A stretch of 64,000 bases of DNA from Verrucomicrobiota bacterium (GCA_046346665.1 JAXMHQ010000027.1:2299-66298); one strand, 5' to 3'; numbered from the stretch's first letter, positions 36,521-45,434 are shown. Program-made: numbers and translations. The notes: generated from the sequence alone by a model not told the origin.

Positions 36521-37414
36521 GTGAACCCCACCCCGCTCATCATCAACGCCGCCATCACCGGCATGGTGCCCACACACAAGGACAATCCGCACGTCCCGCT
36601 CTCGCCCGCCGAGATCGTCGCGGATGCCCGGCGCTGCCGCGACGCCGGCGCCAGCATCCTGCACGTCCACGCCCGCGACGATGCCGGCGCCCCGACGTGC
36701 CACCGCGAAATCTTCGCCGAAATCATCGGCGGCATCCGGTCCGCCTGCCCCGGCTTGCTCATCTCGGGAACCACCAGCGGCCGCTGCCACAAGGAATTCG
36801 AACAGCGCTCCCAGGTCCTCGAACTCGACGGCGATCTCCGGCCCGATTTCGCTTCGCTCACGCTCGGCTCGATGAATTTTCCCACGCAAGCCTCCGTGAA
36901 CGAGCCCCGCATGATCCAGGACCTGGCCAGGCGCATGCGCCAGCGCGGGATCGTGCCCGAACTCGAACTGTTCGACCTCGGCATGACCGATTACGCGAAA
37001 TACCTCGTCGACCGCCAGATCCTCGAGCCGCCATTTTACGCCAATATATTGTTAGGCTCACTCGGCACCCTCGCGGCCACGCCGCAGCACCTGGCACTCA
37101 TGGTGGACGGATTGCCCGAGGGCACCACCTGGTCGGCCGCGGGCATCGGCCGATACCAATGGCCCATGAACCAGCTCGCGATCGCCATGGGCGGCCACGT
37201 GCGCGTGGGCCTGGAGGATAATCTCTGGATGGACACCGCCCGGACCGATCCGGCATCGAACCCGCGGCTGGTGGAGCGCCTTGTGAAACTGGCCGGACAG
37301 ATGGGCCGCCCCATCGCCTCGCCCGAGACCGCCCGCGACATCATCGGCCTGCGCCCGCGCACGCCGCACCCCGAGTCCGTCTCCGCCAGCCCGCCTACCC
37401 CCGATTCGCGTTGA
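36521..37414 (+). CDS. BKACE-family enzyme (3-keto-5-aminohexanoate cleavage enzyme-like, DUF849)
   Basis: GTG start. LIINAAITGMVP, ILHVHARD and HVRVGLEDN are signature motifs of the DUF849/BKACE TIM-barrel zinc enzymes. Confidence 0.75.
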   Translation: MNPTPLIINAAITGMVPTHKDNPHVPLSPAEIVADARRCRDAGASILHVHARDDAGAPTCHREIFAEIIGGIRSACPGLLISGTTSGRCHKEFEQRSQVLELDGDLRPDFASLTLGSMNFPTQASVNEPRMIQDLARRMRQRGIVPELELFDLGMTDYAKYLVDRQILEPPFYANILLGSLGTLAATPQHLALMVDGLPEGTTWSAAGIGRYQWPMNQLAIAMGGHVRVGLEDNLWMDTARTDPASNPRLVERLVKLAGQMGRPIASPETARDIIGLRPRTPHPESVSASPPTPDSR

Positions 37415-37496
37415 TCCATGGTTGAGTGCTGGCTTTCTCGAAACCGCCTCTTGCAGTCGGGGCGCGCCTCTGCTGCAGATTGGCCATTCCTGGAGC

Positions 37497-37561
37497 GCGG
37501 GCGTGGTTCAGTGGTAGATTGCGGGCTTCCCAAGCCTGGGATGAGGATTCGATTCCCTTCA
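37497..37561 (+). pseudogene. Truncated, degenerate copy of tRNA-Gly(CCC): 5' 65 nt only, no 3' acceptor strand
   Basis: It aligns to the intact tRNA at 44485-44558 with 4 substitutions. One of them breaks the T-stem (GAGGA versus GAGGG). The sequence continues as AAAATGTGCC instead of CCCGCTCCA. Confidence 0.8.
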
Positions 37562-37655
37562 AAATGTGCCACGAGTTCAAAGAAGGCCAGATCCGTCCGG
37601 TGCAGACCGAAGAACAGCGGCGTCCAAAGTCCGTTGAGCGCGATGAACAAGTTCT

Positions 37656-38531
37656 TCATGCGGCGAGTTCCTGACTCGGCCGGGATGCTCGCGATTCGGC
37701 GCTGCTCCATTTGCGGCGCAGGCCCGTCAATCGCGTCTGCATCTCCTTCATCTCTGCTTCGAGCGCCTTGAGTTCGTCCTCCAGCGTGGCCGAACCGGTT
37801 TCGAGCTCGCGCTGCGCGCGGTCGCGCTCGGCGATCTCGGCGTGCATTTCGGACATGCTGTTCATGATGATGCCGATGAAAAGGTTCAGGATGATCATGG
37901 TGCCGAGCACGATGAACGTGACGAAATAAATCGCGACCTTGATGGCCGACACATGCGTAACCTGCGCGGCGAACAGGTCCGACCAGTTATCCAGCGTCAC
38001 CAATCGGAACAGCGACAGAAACGCCGCCGGGAGCGAGCCGAAGTTCTTCGGGTCGTGCGCGCCGAAAAGGTGAATCCCCGCCACCGCATAGATGTAGAAC
38101 AACAGCGCCAACAACAGGCTCACGTAACCCATCGCCGACAAACTCTTCAGCAGCGCGCCGACGAGGAGTTGCAATTTCGGCAATGCGCTCACCAGCCGCA
38201 GCAATCGCAATCCCCGCGCCAATCGCAGCACCGCCGCGAACGGTCCGCCCACGGGCAGCAGGCAGATCACGACGATCAGGAAGTCGAACACGTTCCAGCC
38301 ATCGGCGAAGTAGCGCCAAGGCATGCGGCCATGCGCCGCCATCTTCAGCAGCGCCTCGACGATAAAGATGCCAAGAATAAATTTGTCCAGCCCGTGCAGC
38401 CACGCGCCATGCTGCACCATGACCGCCGGGCTGGTTTCCAGCCCGGCCACCGCGCCCGCCAGCACGATCACCGCCACGATGGCGTGGTGAAACGGCTTGG
38501 ACTCGACCAGATATCTGATGCGATGGGTCAT
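37656..38531 (-). CDS. Bacterial voltage-gated cation channel (BacNav/NaChBac family) with a C-terminal coiled coil
   Basis: Six TM segments. S4 has Arg at every third position (RLARGLRLLRLV). The pore motif is FRLVTLDNWSD. The coiled-coil tail includes EDELKALEAEMKEMQ. Confidence 0.8.
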   Translation of the reverse strand: MTHRIRYLVESKPFHHAIVAVIVLAGAVAGLETSPAVMVQHGAWLHGLDKFILGIFIVEALLKMAAHGRMPWRYFADGWNVFDFLIVVICLLPVGGPFAAVLRLARGLRLLRLVSALPKLQLLVGALLKSLSAMGYVSLLLALLFYIYAVAGIHLFGAHDPKNFGSLPAAFLSLFRLVTLDNWSDLFAAQVTHVSAIKVAIYFVTFIVLGTMIILNLFIGIIMNSMSEMHAEIAERDRAQRELETGSATLEDELKALEAEMKEMQTRLTGLRRKWSSAESRASRPSQELAA

Positions 38532-39835
38532 GGCTTCTCCGCTTCCGGTGTCACAAGAACTTTGTCCACGCGCTCGCCGTCCATGTCCAGCACTTCAAAG
38601 CGCCAGCCGCCAGTGGAAAAACATTTTCCCTCAGCCGCCGCACCGCTGAGCCGCGCACTGACATACGCGCCCAGTTTTTGCTTTGGAGCAGCTTCGCGGG
38701 CGACAGACGCTTCCACTTCCAATTGCTCCCAGATCTTCGCCACCTCGAACGCCCCGTCCACGAGCCACGAGCCGTCGTCGCGCCGGCGCGCCTCGGGGCG
38801 CAGCCGCTCCTCAAGCGAGGGCAGTTCGCCGACGATGGCTTCGAGCACGTCCACCAGCGTGATCACGCCGAGGAAGTTGTTCCGTTTGTCCACCACAATG
38901 CCGATGTGTTGGCCGCTCGCCTTGAACGTTTCGAGCAAGGACGCAACCGACCGGTTGGCCGTCACGAATAGCGGAGCGACCATGAGATCAACGACATTCG
39001 GCACGACGCCCACCGCGACGTTCGCGTAAACAGCCTTGACCGAAATCACACCCACGATGCGGTTGCGGTTGCTGTCATACACCGGAAAGTGGTTGTGCCC
39101 GGAGACCACGATCTTGTGCCATAGCGTCTCGGGGTTCTCATCGCGCCGGATGAAAATCACCTTGCCGCGCGGCGTCATGATGTCCGTCACGGGCCGCTGG
39201 TCGAACGCGAGAACCGATTCCACCATGCGCGGCTCGGCAGGATGGAAGACACCCGTGTGCGAGCCTTCCTGCATCAGCGATTTCACCTCGTCCTCAGACA
39301 CGGTCGCTGGGGCTTTCGGCTTGACGCGCAACACGAACAACACCGCGTCGGTCACAACACCCAGCATCCAGATGACCGGCCGGGCAAGCCGGCTCAAAAG
39401 GTCGAGCGGACGCGCCATCAAGCCGGCGATGCGTTCCGGATTCGAAAGCGCCAGTCGTTTCGGGACGAGTTCGCCGATGACGAGCGACAGAAAAGTCAAC
39501 GTCACCACCACCACACCCATACCGATGGCTTCGGCGTAAGGCGAGAGCGCGGGCCACTCAGCAAGCATCTTCGCAATCTCGCGGGCCAGGGTCGCGCCCC
39601 CGAACGCGCCAGCCAACAATCCCACAAGAGTGATGCCCACCTGAACGGAGGGCAGGAAGCGATTGGGCTCTTCAACCAGCTTGAGTGCCGCCCGCGCCCC
39701 GCGATCACCGCTGTCAGCCAGCATCCGCAACCGGCTCTTGCGCGATGAAACCATCGCCATCTCGGTCATCGCAAACACGCCATTCGCGAGGAAGAGCAAC
39801 AAGATGATCACTAATTCAAAACTGATCGCATTCAT
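38528..39835 (-). CDS. HlyC/CorC (CNNM) family transporter: DUF21, CBS pair and CorC_HlyC domains
   Basis: 435 aa with the typical architecture. ATGA overlap with the channel gene start. Confidence 0.85.
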   Translation of the reverse strand: MNAISFELVIILLLFLANGVFAMTEMAMVSSRKSRLRMLADSGDRGARAALKLVEEPNRFLPSVQVGITLVGLLAGAFGGATLAREIAKMLAEWPALSPYAEAIGMGVVVVTLTFLSLVIGELVPKRLALSNPERIAGLMARPLDLLSRLARPVIWMLGVVTDAVLFVLRVKPKAPATVSEDEVKSLMQEGSHTGVFHPAEPRMVESVLAFDQRPVTDIMTPRGKVIFIRRDENPETLWHKIVVSGHNHFPVYDSNRNRIVGVISVKAVYANVAVGVVPNVVDLMVAPLFVTANRSVASLLETFKASGQHIGIVVDKRNNFLGVITLVDVLEAIVGELPSLEERLRPEARRRDDGSWLVDGAFEVAKIWEQLEVEASVAREAAPKQKLGAYVSARLSGAAAEGKCFSTGGWRFEVLDMDGERVDKVLVTPEAEKP

Positions 39836-39852
39836 GATTCAGGTAAGGCGCG

Positions 39853-40797
39853 TCACTCGTGCGCGCCGACGCATATGACTTTCGCCGTCTTTGGCTTCAC
39901 CAACGACCACACCACGCTCGTCGTGAGAATCAGGACGATCACGCCCAACGACACCAGCGTGTCAATCTTCCACGCCGTGTGCGCCAGAATCATCTTCACA
40001 CCCACGAACGACAGCACCACGCCCAGGCCGATCTTCAGGTAATGGAATTTGTCCATCACGCCCGCCAGTGCGAAGTAGAGCGAGCGCAGGCCAAGGATCG
40101 CGAACACGTTCGACGTATAGACGATAAACGGATCCTTCGTGACCGCGAAGATCGCCGGGATGGAATCCACCGCGAAGATCAGGTCGGCGAATTCCACGAG
40201 CAACAGCACCACGAACAGCGGCGTGGCCAGGCGCACGCCGTTCTCACGCACGAAGAACTTATCCCCGCGGTATTCTGGCGTCACCGGCATCAGCTTCTTG
40301 AAAAGCCGCACGACAGGATTCCGCTCGGGATGAATTTCCTCTTCGCGCTTCACGATCATCTTGATGCCGGTGAGGATCAGGAACGCGCCGAACACGTAGA
40401 TGATCCAGGCAAACTTCGCGATGAGCGCCGCACCCGCCGCGATCATGACAGCCCGCATGGCCAGCGCGCCAAGGATGCCCCAGAACAGCACCTTGTGCTG
40501 ATACTTCGGCGGCACGGCGAAATAGGAGAACAACAGCGCGAACACGAACACGTTGTCCACGCTCAGCGATTTCTCGATAACGTAACCCGTGAAGAACTCC
40601 AGCGCCGCCTGCGACCCCGCGTAATGCCACAGGCCTGCGTTGAACAGGAGTGCCAGCACCACCCACACGCCCGTCCACGTGAGCGATTCGCGCAGCGAGA
40701 CGACGTGTGTCTTGCGATGGAACACGCCCAGGTCCAGCGCCAGCATCGCCAGCACGAAGGCGTTGAATCCGATCCAGAGCCAAAAATGTTCATTCAT
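39853..40797 (-). CDS. TerC-family integral membrane protein
   Basis: 314 aa. The motifs LSVDNVFVF and DLIFAVDSIPAIFA are typical of TerC/Alx. Confidence 0.85.
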   Translation of the reverse strand: MNEHFWLWIGFNAFVLAMLALDLGVFHRKTHVVSLRESLTWTGVWVVLALLFNAGLWHYAGSQAALEFFTGYVIEKSLSVDNVFVFALLFSYFAVPPKYQHKVLFWGILGALAMRAVMIAAGAALIAKFAWIIYVFGAFLILTGIKMIVKREEEIHPERNPVVRLFKKLMPVTPEYRGDKFFVRENGVRLATPLFVVLLLVEFADLIFAVDSIPAIFAVTKDPFIVYTSNVFAILGLRSLYFALAGVMDKFHYLKIGLGVVLSFVGVKMILAHTAWKIDTLVSLGVIVLILTTSVVWSLVKPKTAKVICVGAHE

Positions 40798-41071
40798 AGT
40801 TTCTGTTTAACGCGGACAAGGTAGTTGCATCCGATGGAAGAACTAGTCGGTTGAGTTTGCAAACAGATGCAGGTCTGTTCGGCAAAAGGGTTCTGTAGCG
40901 TTCGCGCAGCCAGTTCAGCCAGCGCCGGGCCCAAAGAAACTCGACGGCCAAAATCGCCAGCGCGGCGGGAATCACCACGATGGCCGGGCCCGGCAGAACG
41001 AGCATCGCCAACCCAGCAATGAGCAGGGCGCCGCCCAAGATCGCCACCAGACATTTTCGCAGGAGAATCAT
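40790..41071 (-). CDS. PGPGW-domain small membrane protein
   Basis: LLIAGLAMLVLPGPAIVVIP followed by a second TM segment. It overlaps the terC-like start by 8 nt. Confidence 0.6.
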   Translation of the reverse strand: MILLRKCLVAILGGALLIAGLAMLVLPGPAIVVIPAALAILAVEFLWARRWLNWLRERYRTLLPNRPASVCKLNRLVLPSDATTLSALNRNYE

Positions 41072-41374
41072 GCTGTGTTTACAAATTTGATCGGCCTTGA
41101 GGGAGACGCCCGGTCTCCATTGCGAGCATCGCGATGACGAACACGTTGCCCCGATCCAAAGCCGAATGTGTTAAGTCGCATTGTTTTGTTTCACGCCACA
41201 AAACTAGCCGCGTCCGCCGGGGCCTCTAATCGATAATTCAGAAGCCATTGTTAGGATTTGCCGAAGAGTGGGCGGAGGAGGCTGAAGACCGCCATCTCAG
41301 GACCCGGGTGATCTGGTGGCCGTAAAAGAACCCTCGATCGCGTTGCGGGCCGACGCTTGCCTGACCGAATATTC

Positions 41375-42592
41375 CTATCGGGCGGGGCGGGTGGAGGCGC
41401 GGCGGACGCGCCTGACGCGTTGCACGAACCGGTCCTTGCGCAAGTGCCACACCTGCAACTTGAGCGCCGCCAACTCCGAATCGAAACGCGCAAACAACCA
41501 GTAGGCGAAACGCTGCTTGAGCCGTTGCCACCATGTGCGGCCATGCTTCAGCGCTTCCCGCGTGATTGGAGTCGCCCGCTGGGCCAGGTCGGCATCGAAC
41601 TGTTGGCGTGCGGTGACCGCCAGGGTGGCGTCCTGAATGCGCAACATGATCTCAAAGTTGATGCGTAAGCTGCGCGGATCGAGGTTCGAGGAACCGACGA
41701 ACACGATGTCATCCACCACGATCAGTTTCGCGTGAAGCACTTGGGGCTGGTATTCCCAAATTTCGATGCCCTGGTTCAACAGGCGCCGGTAGAGCGAACG
41801 GGACGCGCATTGCATCAACGGCACATCGCTCTTGCCGGCCAGCAGCACGCGCACCCGGGCCCCGCGGGCCACCGCTTGGGCAAGATGATGCCTCATGCGG
41901 TGGGAGGGCAGAAAATACGCCGAGGTGATCGCCACATCTTTCGCGCGGACCAGATCCTGCCGCAACGCCTCACGCAACGGATTGCGCCCCAGGCCCGGTT
42001 TGATGAACAGTACCTGAACCCCGGCTCCGCACTCCACTCGCACCCGTTGACTGAAACCGCCCGTTGGGAACTTCCAGCGTTGTTCGACCGCTCGCTCCCA
42101 TTGCCGGTCGAACTCGGCCTCCAGCACTCCGGCCACCTCTCCCTGCACGCTCACCCCGCCATCGCGCCACCCCGTCGTGATGCCGTCGCCACAGTATTCC
42201 GGTGCGATATTGCATCCGCCTACGAACGCCATGCGCCCGTCCATGATCAGTAGTTTCCTGTGGTCCCGGAAGGAAAACGAGCGCAAGCGCAGCTCGTTGA
42301 ACCACCGCATCGCCCCACCCGACTCCACCAGGCCGCCAAAATAATCACGCGGCAACTGATACGAGCCTATTCCGTCCACCAGCAACCGCACGCGCACTCC
42401 GCGCCGCGCCGCCGCCGTCAACGCCTCTCGGAACTGCCGGCCAATGTCCGAATCGCGGAAGATAAAGGTCTCCATGACCACGGACGATTGTGCCGCTGCG
42501 ATGGCGGCCAACTTCGCTTCCAGCAGGCTCCGCCCGGTTCCATGCCATGTGAAACAGTGGTCCTCGGCCATAGGGGCACGAGGGTGGCGCAA
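41375..42592 (-). CDS. Phospholipase D-family protein (cardiolipin synthase ClsB-like)
   Basis: Two HKD motifs are present (HRKLLIMDG and LHAKLIVVDD). 405 aa. Confidence 0.8.
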   Translation of the reverse strand: MRHPRAPMAEDHCFTWHGTGRSLLEAKLAAIAAAQSSVVMETFIFRDSDIGRQFREALTAAARRGVRVRLLVDGIGSYQLPRDYFGGLVESGGAMRWFNELRLRSFSFRDHRKLLIMDGRMAFVGGCNIAPEYCGDGITTGWRDGGVSVQGEVAGVLEAEFDRQWERAVEQRWKFPTGGFSQRVRVECGAGVQVLFIKPGLGRNPLREALRQDLVRAKDVAITSAYFLPSHRMRHHLAQAVARGARVRVLLAGKSDVPLMQCASRSLYRRLLNQGIEIWEYQPQVLHAKLIVVDDIVFVGSSNLDPRSLRINFEIMLRIQDATLAVTARQQFDADLAQRATPITREALKHGRTWWQRLKQRFAYWLFARFDSELAALKLQVWHLRKDRFVQRVRRVRRASTRPAR

Positions 42593-42786
42593 AACAGGCG
42601 GCGCGACAACCGGATTGAGGAGGAGAGGGCCGGCGTGAGGGCTAATTCAATCGAGGAGATGCCGAGCTCCGACCGTGATTGCGATTCAATCCTGATTCAT
42701 GTGCATCCGTGTCCATTCGTGATTGCCTCGGCGTCTCTGTGTCTCCGCGGTGATCCATTTGGTGCACTTCGCGGTTGGCCGCAAAG

Positions 42787-43035
42787 TCATTCGTTCAATC
42801 CGCCGCGCTGCCACGGCGTAACGAATTGGAACGGCGCGCCGGCCCGGGCGTAGAGGTCACGGGCGACCGCAGCCGAACCGCGGCGGGCGGCGCGAAGTTC
42901 GCGTCGCGTCGCGCGCACGGCCGGACCGAGGACCTGTTTCGAGACGTTCACCGCCCGCCCCGGCATGGACGCGGCCAGGGACAGGGCGTCGGCCGGAATG
43001 TCGGCCAGCGACTTCAGGATGAGTTTCGGTTTCAT
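42787..43035 (-). CDS. Hypothetical small protein (82 aa)
   Basis: It is the only plausible ORF in the gap and starts 45 nt after the upstream gene's stop. No recognisable family and no clear SD sequence. Confidence 0.25.
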   Translation of the reverse strand: MKPKLILKSLADIPADALSLAASMPGRAVNVSKQVLGPAVRATRRELRAARRGSAAVARDLYARAGAPFQFVTPWQRGGLNE

Positions 43036-43080
43036 GACTTGTTGTTTGTTGATGGTTGATCGTTGTTCGTTGATTGATTT

Positions 43081-43419
43081 TCACCCGCCACGGCGGGACT
43101 TGAGGTTGCCCTTGAGCCGCTGCAATCGCTTGGTGGCGCGGGCGGTGATCTGCTCGCGCAGTTGCGTCATAGCCTTGGCAAATGCGGCGCGCAACGTGTG
43201 GTCGCGGCTCTCGGCGAACACGTCCGGCCCGGGCGTCACCAGATGCACGTGGACTTGAAACGCAGGGCTGGCGTTTTCCAGCCGGACGAGCCGGACATTG
43301 GCTTCGTCAATCTGCCGCGTTGCGCCGAGCGCACGGAGTTGTTTGTCCACCCAGGCATCCATCCTGTCGAGCGGGCGGATGTTGAGGTGTTGCACATTCA
43401 TTCTCATGGTCGTCGTCAT
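43081..43419 (-). CDS. HPF/RaiA-family ribosome-associated protein (short form)
   Basis: MRMNVQHLNIRPLDRMDAWVDKQL...FQVHVHL resembles the sigma-54 modulation/HPF fold. The start is among the ATGs at 43419, 43407 and 43401. Confidence 0.5.
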   Translation of the reverse strand: MTTTMRMNVQHLNIRPLDRMDAWVDKQLRALGATRQIDEANVRLVRLENASPAFQVHVHLVTPGPDVFAESRDHTLRAAFAKAMTQLREQITARATKRLQRLKGNLKSRRGG

Positions 43420-43444
43420 CGTATTTGTGTTTGATGGTTTGGGT

Positions 43445-44137
43445 TTATCCCCGCGACCGGTTGCCGCCCGCCAGCAAGGGCAGCAAGTGCCAGAGGAAAT
43501 AAGCGAGCGAGGTGATGAACGCCGCCACGTATGTCCACGCCGCCGCATCGAGAACCTTCCTCACGCCAGCGGCTTCTTCGCCAGGCGCGATGAATCCGAA
43601 GTCGGCCAACACCGCCTTGGCGCGACGGGAAGCGTCGAACTCCACCGGCAGCGTGACAAGGTTGAACAGCATGATCACGCCCCACGCCACCGCCATCAGC
43701 ATCGCGCCGGTCAGCGGCTGGATCAGACCCGTGAACAGGCCGAGCGCCGGCAGCAACATCACGACATGGTTCGCGTAGGTCGTAATGCCCACCGCCGCCA
43801 TGCGCCAATGCAACGGCTTGTACGCCAGCGCATGCTGGATCGCGTGGCCGGCCTCGTGCGCGGCAACGCCGAGCGCCGCAGGCGTGCGCCCGTGGAAGTT
43901 GTCCGGCGAAAGCACGAGCCGTTTGTGCAACGGATCGTAGTGGTCGCCGAGCATGCCTTCACCCTCGGTGATCTCGACGTCGCAGATGCGTTTGCGCCGG
44001 AGGATTTCCGCCGCCACTTCCGCGCCGGTAAATCCGGAGCGCACCACGCCCTGGTTGTAGCGGGCATAGACCGACTTCACGCGCCATGCCGCCCAGAGCG
44101 AGAGCGCCATTGTGCCGATGAACAGTATCCAAATCAT
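43445..44137 (-). CDS. Membrane zinc metallopeptidase (Zn_peptidase_2 family)
   Basis: HEAGHAIQH motif; N-terminal TM segment; 230 aa, typical of this family. Confidence 0.8.
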   Translation of the reverse strand: MIWILFIGTMALSLWAAWRVKSVYARYNQGVVRSGFTGAEVAAEILRRKRICDVEITEGEGMLGDHYDPLHKRLVLSPDNFHGRTPAALGVAAHEAGHAIQHALAYKPLHWRMAAVGITTYANHVVMLLPALGLFTGLIQPLTGAMLMAVAWGVIMLFNLVTLPVEFDASRRAKAVLADFGFIAPGEEAAGVRKVLDAAAWTYVAAFITSLAYFLWHLLPLLAGGNRSRG

Positions 44138-44484
44138 AACGTGCCTTTCTCTTTTCGTTTCCGCACCGCCGAGAGGCTCTCCTTGACCTCCAGCCCCCGG
44201 GCGGTGTTCACGCGTGACAATAGGCCCGGCGGCGCGTGCCGACTAATATGCGGTTCCGAATGGACGCTTCGGTTAATCCGAAGCAAACTGTCGGCGCATG
44301 GAATGGCTGAATTATCACCAAACCGGCCTGCTGCATCAAAACGCGCTGGTAAGATCCAGTGAACCCCTTGGTGTTCTTCGTGTCCTTCGTGGTGAACCGG
44401 CCTTCGAAGTAAAGTCCGGCTTTGCGGTGAAACCCCCCTTGCAGTCCGGGCCCGCTTCTGCTACAGATTAGCCATTCCTGGAGC

Positions 44485-44558
44485 GCGGGTGTGGTTCAGT
44501 GGTAGAATGCGGGCTTCCCAAGCCTGAGATGAGGGTTCGATTCCCTTCACCCGCTCCA
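44485..44558 (+). tRNA. tRNA-Gly (anticodon CCC)
   Basis: Acceptor GCGGGTG/CACCCGC; anticodon stem CGGGC/GCCTG with loop TTCCCAA; T arm GAGGG-TTCGATT-CCCTT; encoded CCA. Confidence 0.9.
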
Positions 44559-44776
44559 ATCTTCAGCTCGCGATCTCGGCGAAATCGGCTCAGGGCTCAT
44601 CCCGCTGACACAGCGCCCCCCGACTCCACCAGCGCGCCGTCGCCCCGGCTCTCGCCAAACAGGCAACCCCATCCTCGATCCGTCGCCGGAGCCCGCCCAG
44701 GGGCGCTGGAGCCAAATGCCCCCGGAAAACACAGGCGGTTTGATGACGGCAGGTGACAAGTATAGCAATTCGCCGG

Positions 44777-44803
44777 TCAAGTTCCCTCGGAATCCGCCGA
44801 TTA
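44777..44803 (+). promoter_or_regulatory. Candidate sigma-28 (FliA) promoter upstream of cheW
   Basis: TCAAGTTC-N11-GCCGATTA compared with the enterobacterial consensus TAAAGTTT-N11-GCCGATAA (6/8 and 7/8 matches, exact spacer). It lies 86 nt upstream of the cheW ATG. Confidence 0.55.
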
Positions 44804-44888
44804 CCCCCTCGGCAGCTTGTGGGGAGAGGCTATGGGTTCAGTTGCCTCCCCAACGCAAACCCTGCTGTAACAACAACTCGGGCAAATA

Positions 44889-45407
44889 ATGGTTATGGCT
44901 ACAGACCTTCACGAACGCGCTCTCGGCACTACCCAGAAGCTTTCGGGCAAGTACCTCACCTTCACTCTCCAGCAGGAATCCTACGGCATCGATGTCCTCC
45001 AGGTGCGGGAAATCATCCGGCTCACCGACATCACCGCCGTCCCCCAGATGCCCGCCTACGTCAAAGGCGTCATCAACCTGCGCGGCAAAATCATACCCGT
45101 CATTGACCTGCGATTGCGCTTCGGCTTCGCCAACGTCGATAACACCGAGCAAACTTGCATCATCGTCGTCCAGGTCAAACTCCCCGACGGCAAACTCACC
45201 CAGATGGGGCTCATCGTCGACGGCGTCGAGGAAGTCATCAACATCGCCGCGGGCGACATCGAGGAAACCCCGGATTTCGGCTCCCAGATCACCACGGATT
45301 ACATCCTCGGCATGGCCAAAGTGAAAGGCGAAGTCAAAACCCTGCTCAAGATCGACCGCGTCCTCGGCGCCGAAGCCCTGGAACACATCCGGCAGGCTGT
45401 CCGCTGA
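44889..45407 (+). CDS. cheW: Chemotaxis coupling protein CheW
   Basis: 172 aa with a typical CheW domain (YLTFTLQQESYGIDVLQVREI...VINLRGKIIPVIDLR). Confidence 0.9.
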   Translation: MVMATDLHERALGTTQKLSGKYLTFTLQQESYGIDVLQVREIIRLTDITAVPQMPAYVKGVINLRGKIIPVIDLRLRFGFANVDNTEQTCIIVVQVKLPDGKLTQMGLIVDGVEEVINIAAGDIEETPDFGSQITTDYILGMAKVKGEVKTLLKIDRVLGAEALEHIRQAVR

Positions 45408-45434
45408 ATCCACTCCGCATTCTGACGGGCACCT

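Noticed and set aside
37036-37710. 224-aa minus-strand ORF spanning the tRNA-Gly fragment and the 3' end of the BKACE gene.
   Set aside because: Only its first 35 or so codons (MKNLF...), coupled to the channel gene, look genuine. The remainder runs antisense through the tRNA fragment and the BKACE gene with non-protein-like composition.
41072-41374. yybP-ykoY (Mn2+) riboswitch in the 300-nt leader of the PGPGW/TerC operon, since TerC/Alx genes often carry one.
   Set aside because: On the minus strand the closest match to the conserved GGGGAGUAG core is GGGGCAACG. I could not find the paired conserved 3' element. Only a short GGAGAC..GTCTCC hairpin is present. A covariance-model scan (Rfam RF00080) would settle the question.
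44831-44846. Sigma-54 promoter-like TGG...TTGC (tatGGgttcagtTGCc) upstream of cheW.
   Set aside because: The GG-to-GC spacing is 2 nt shorter than the -24/-12 consensus, and the rest of the consensus (TGGCAC) is not matched.
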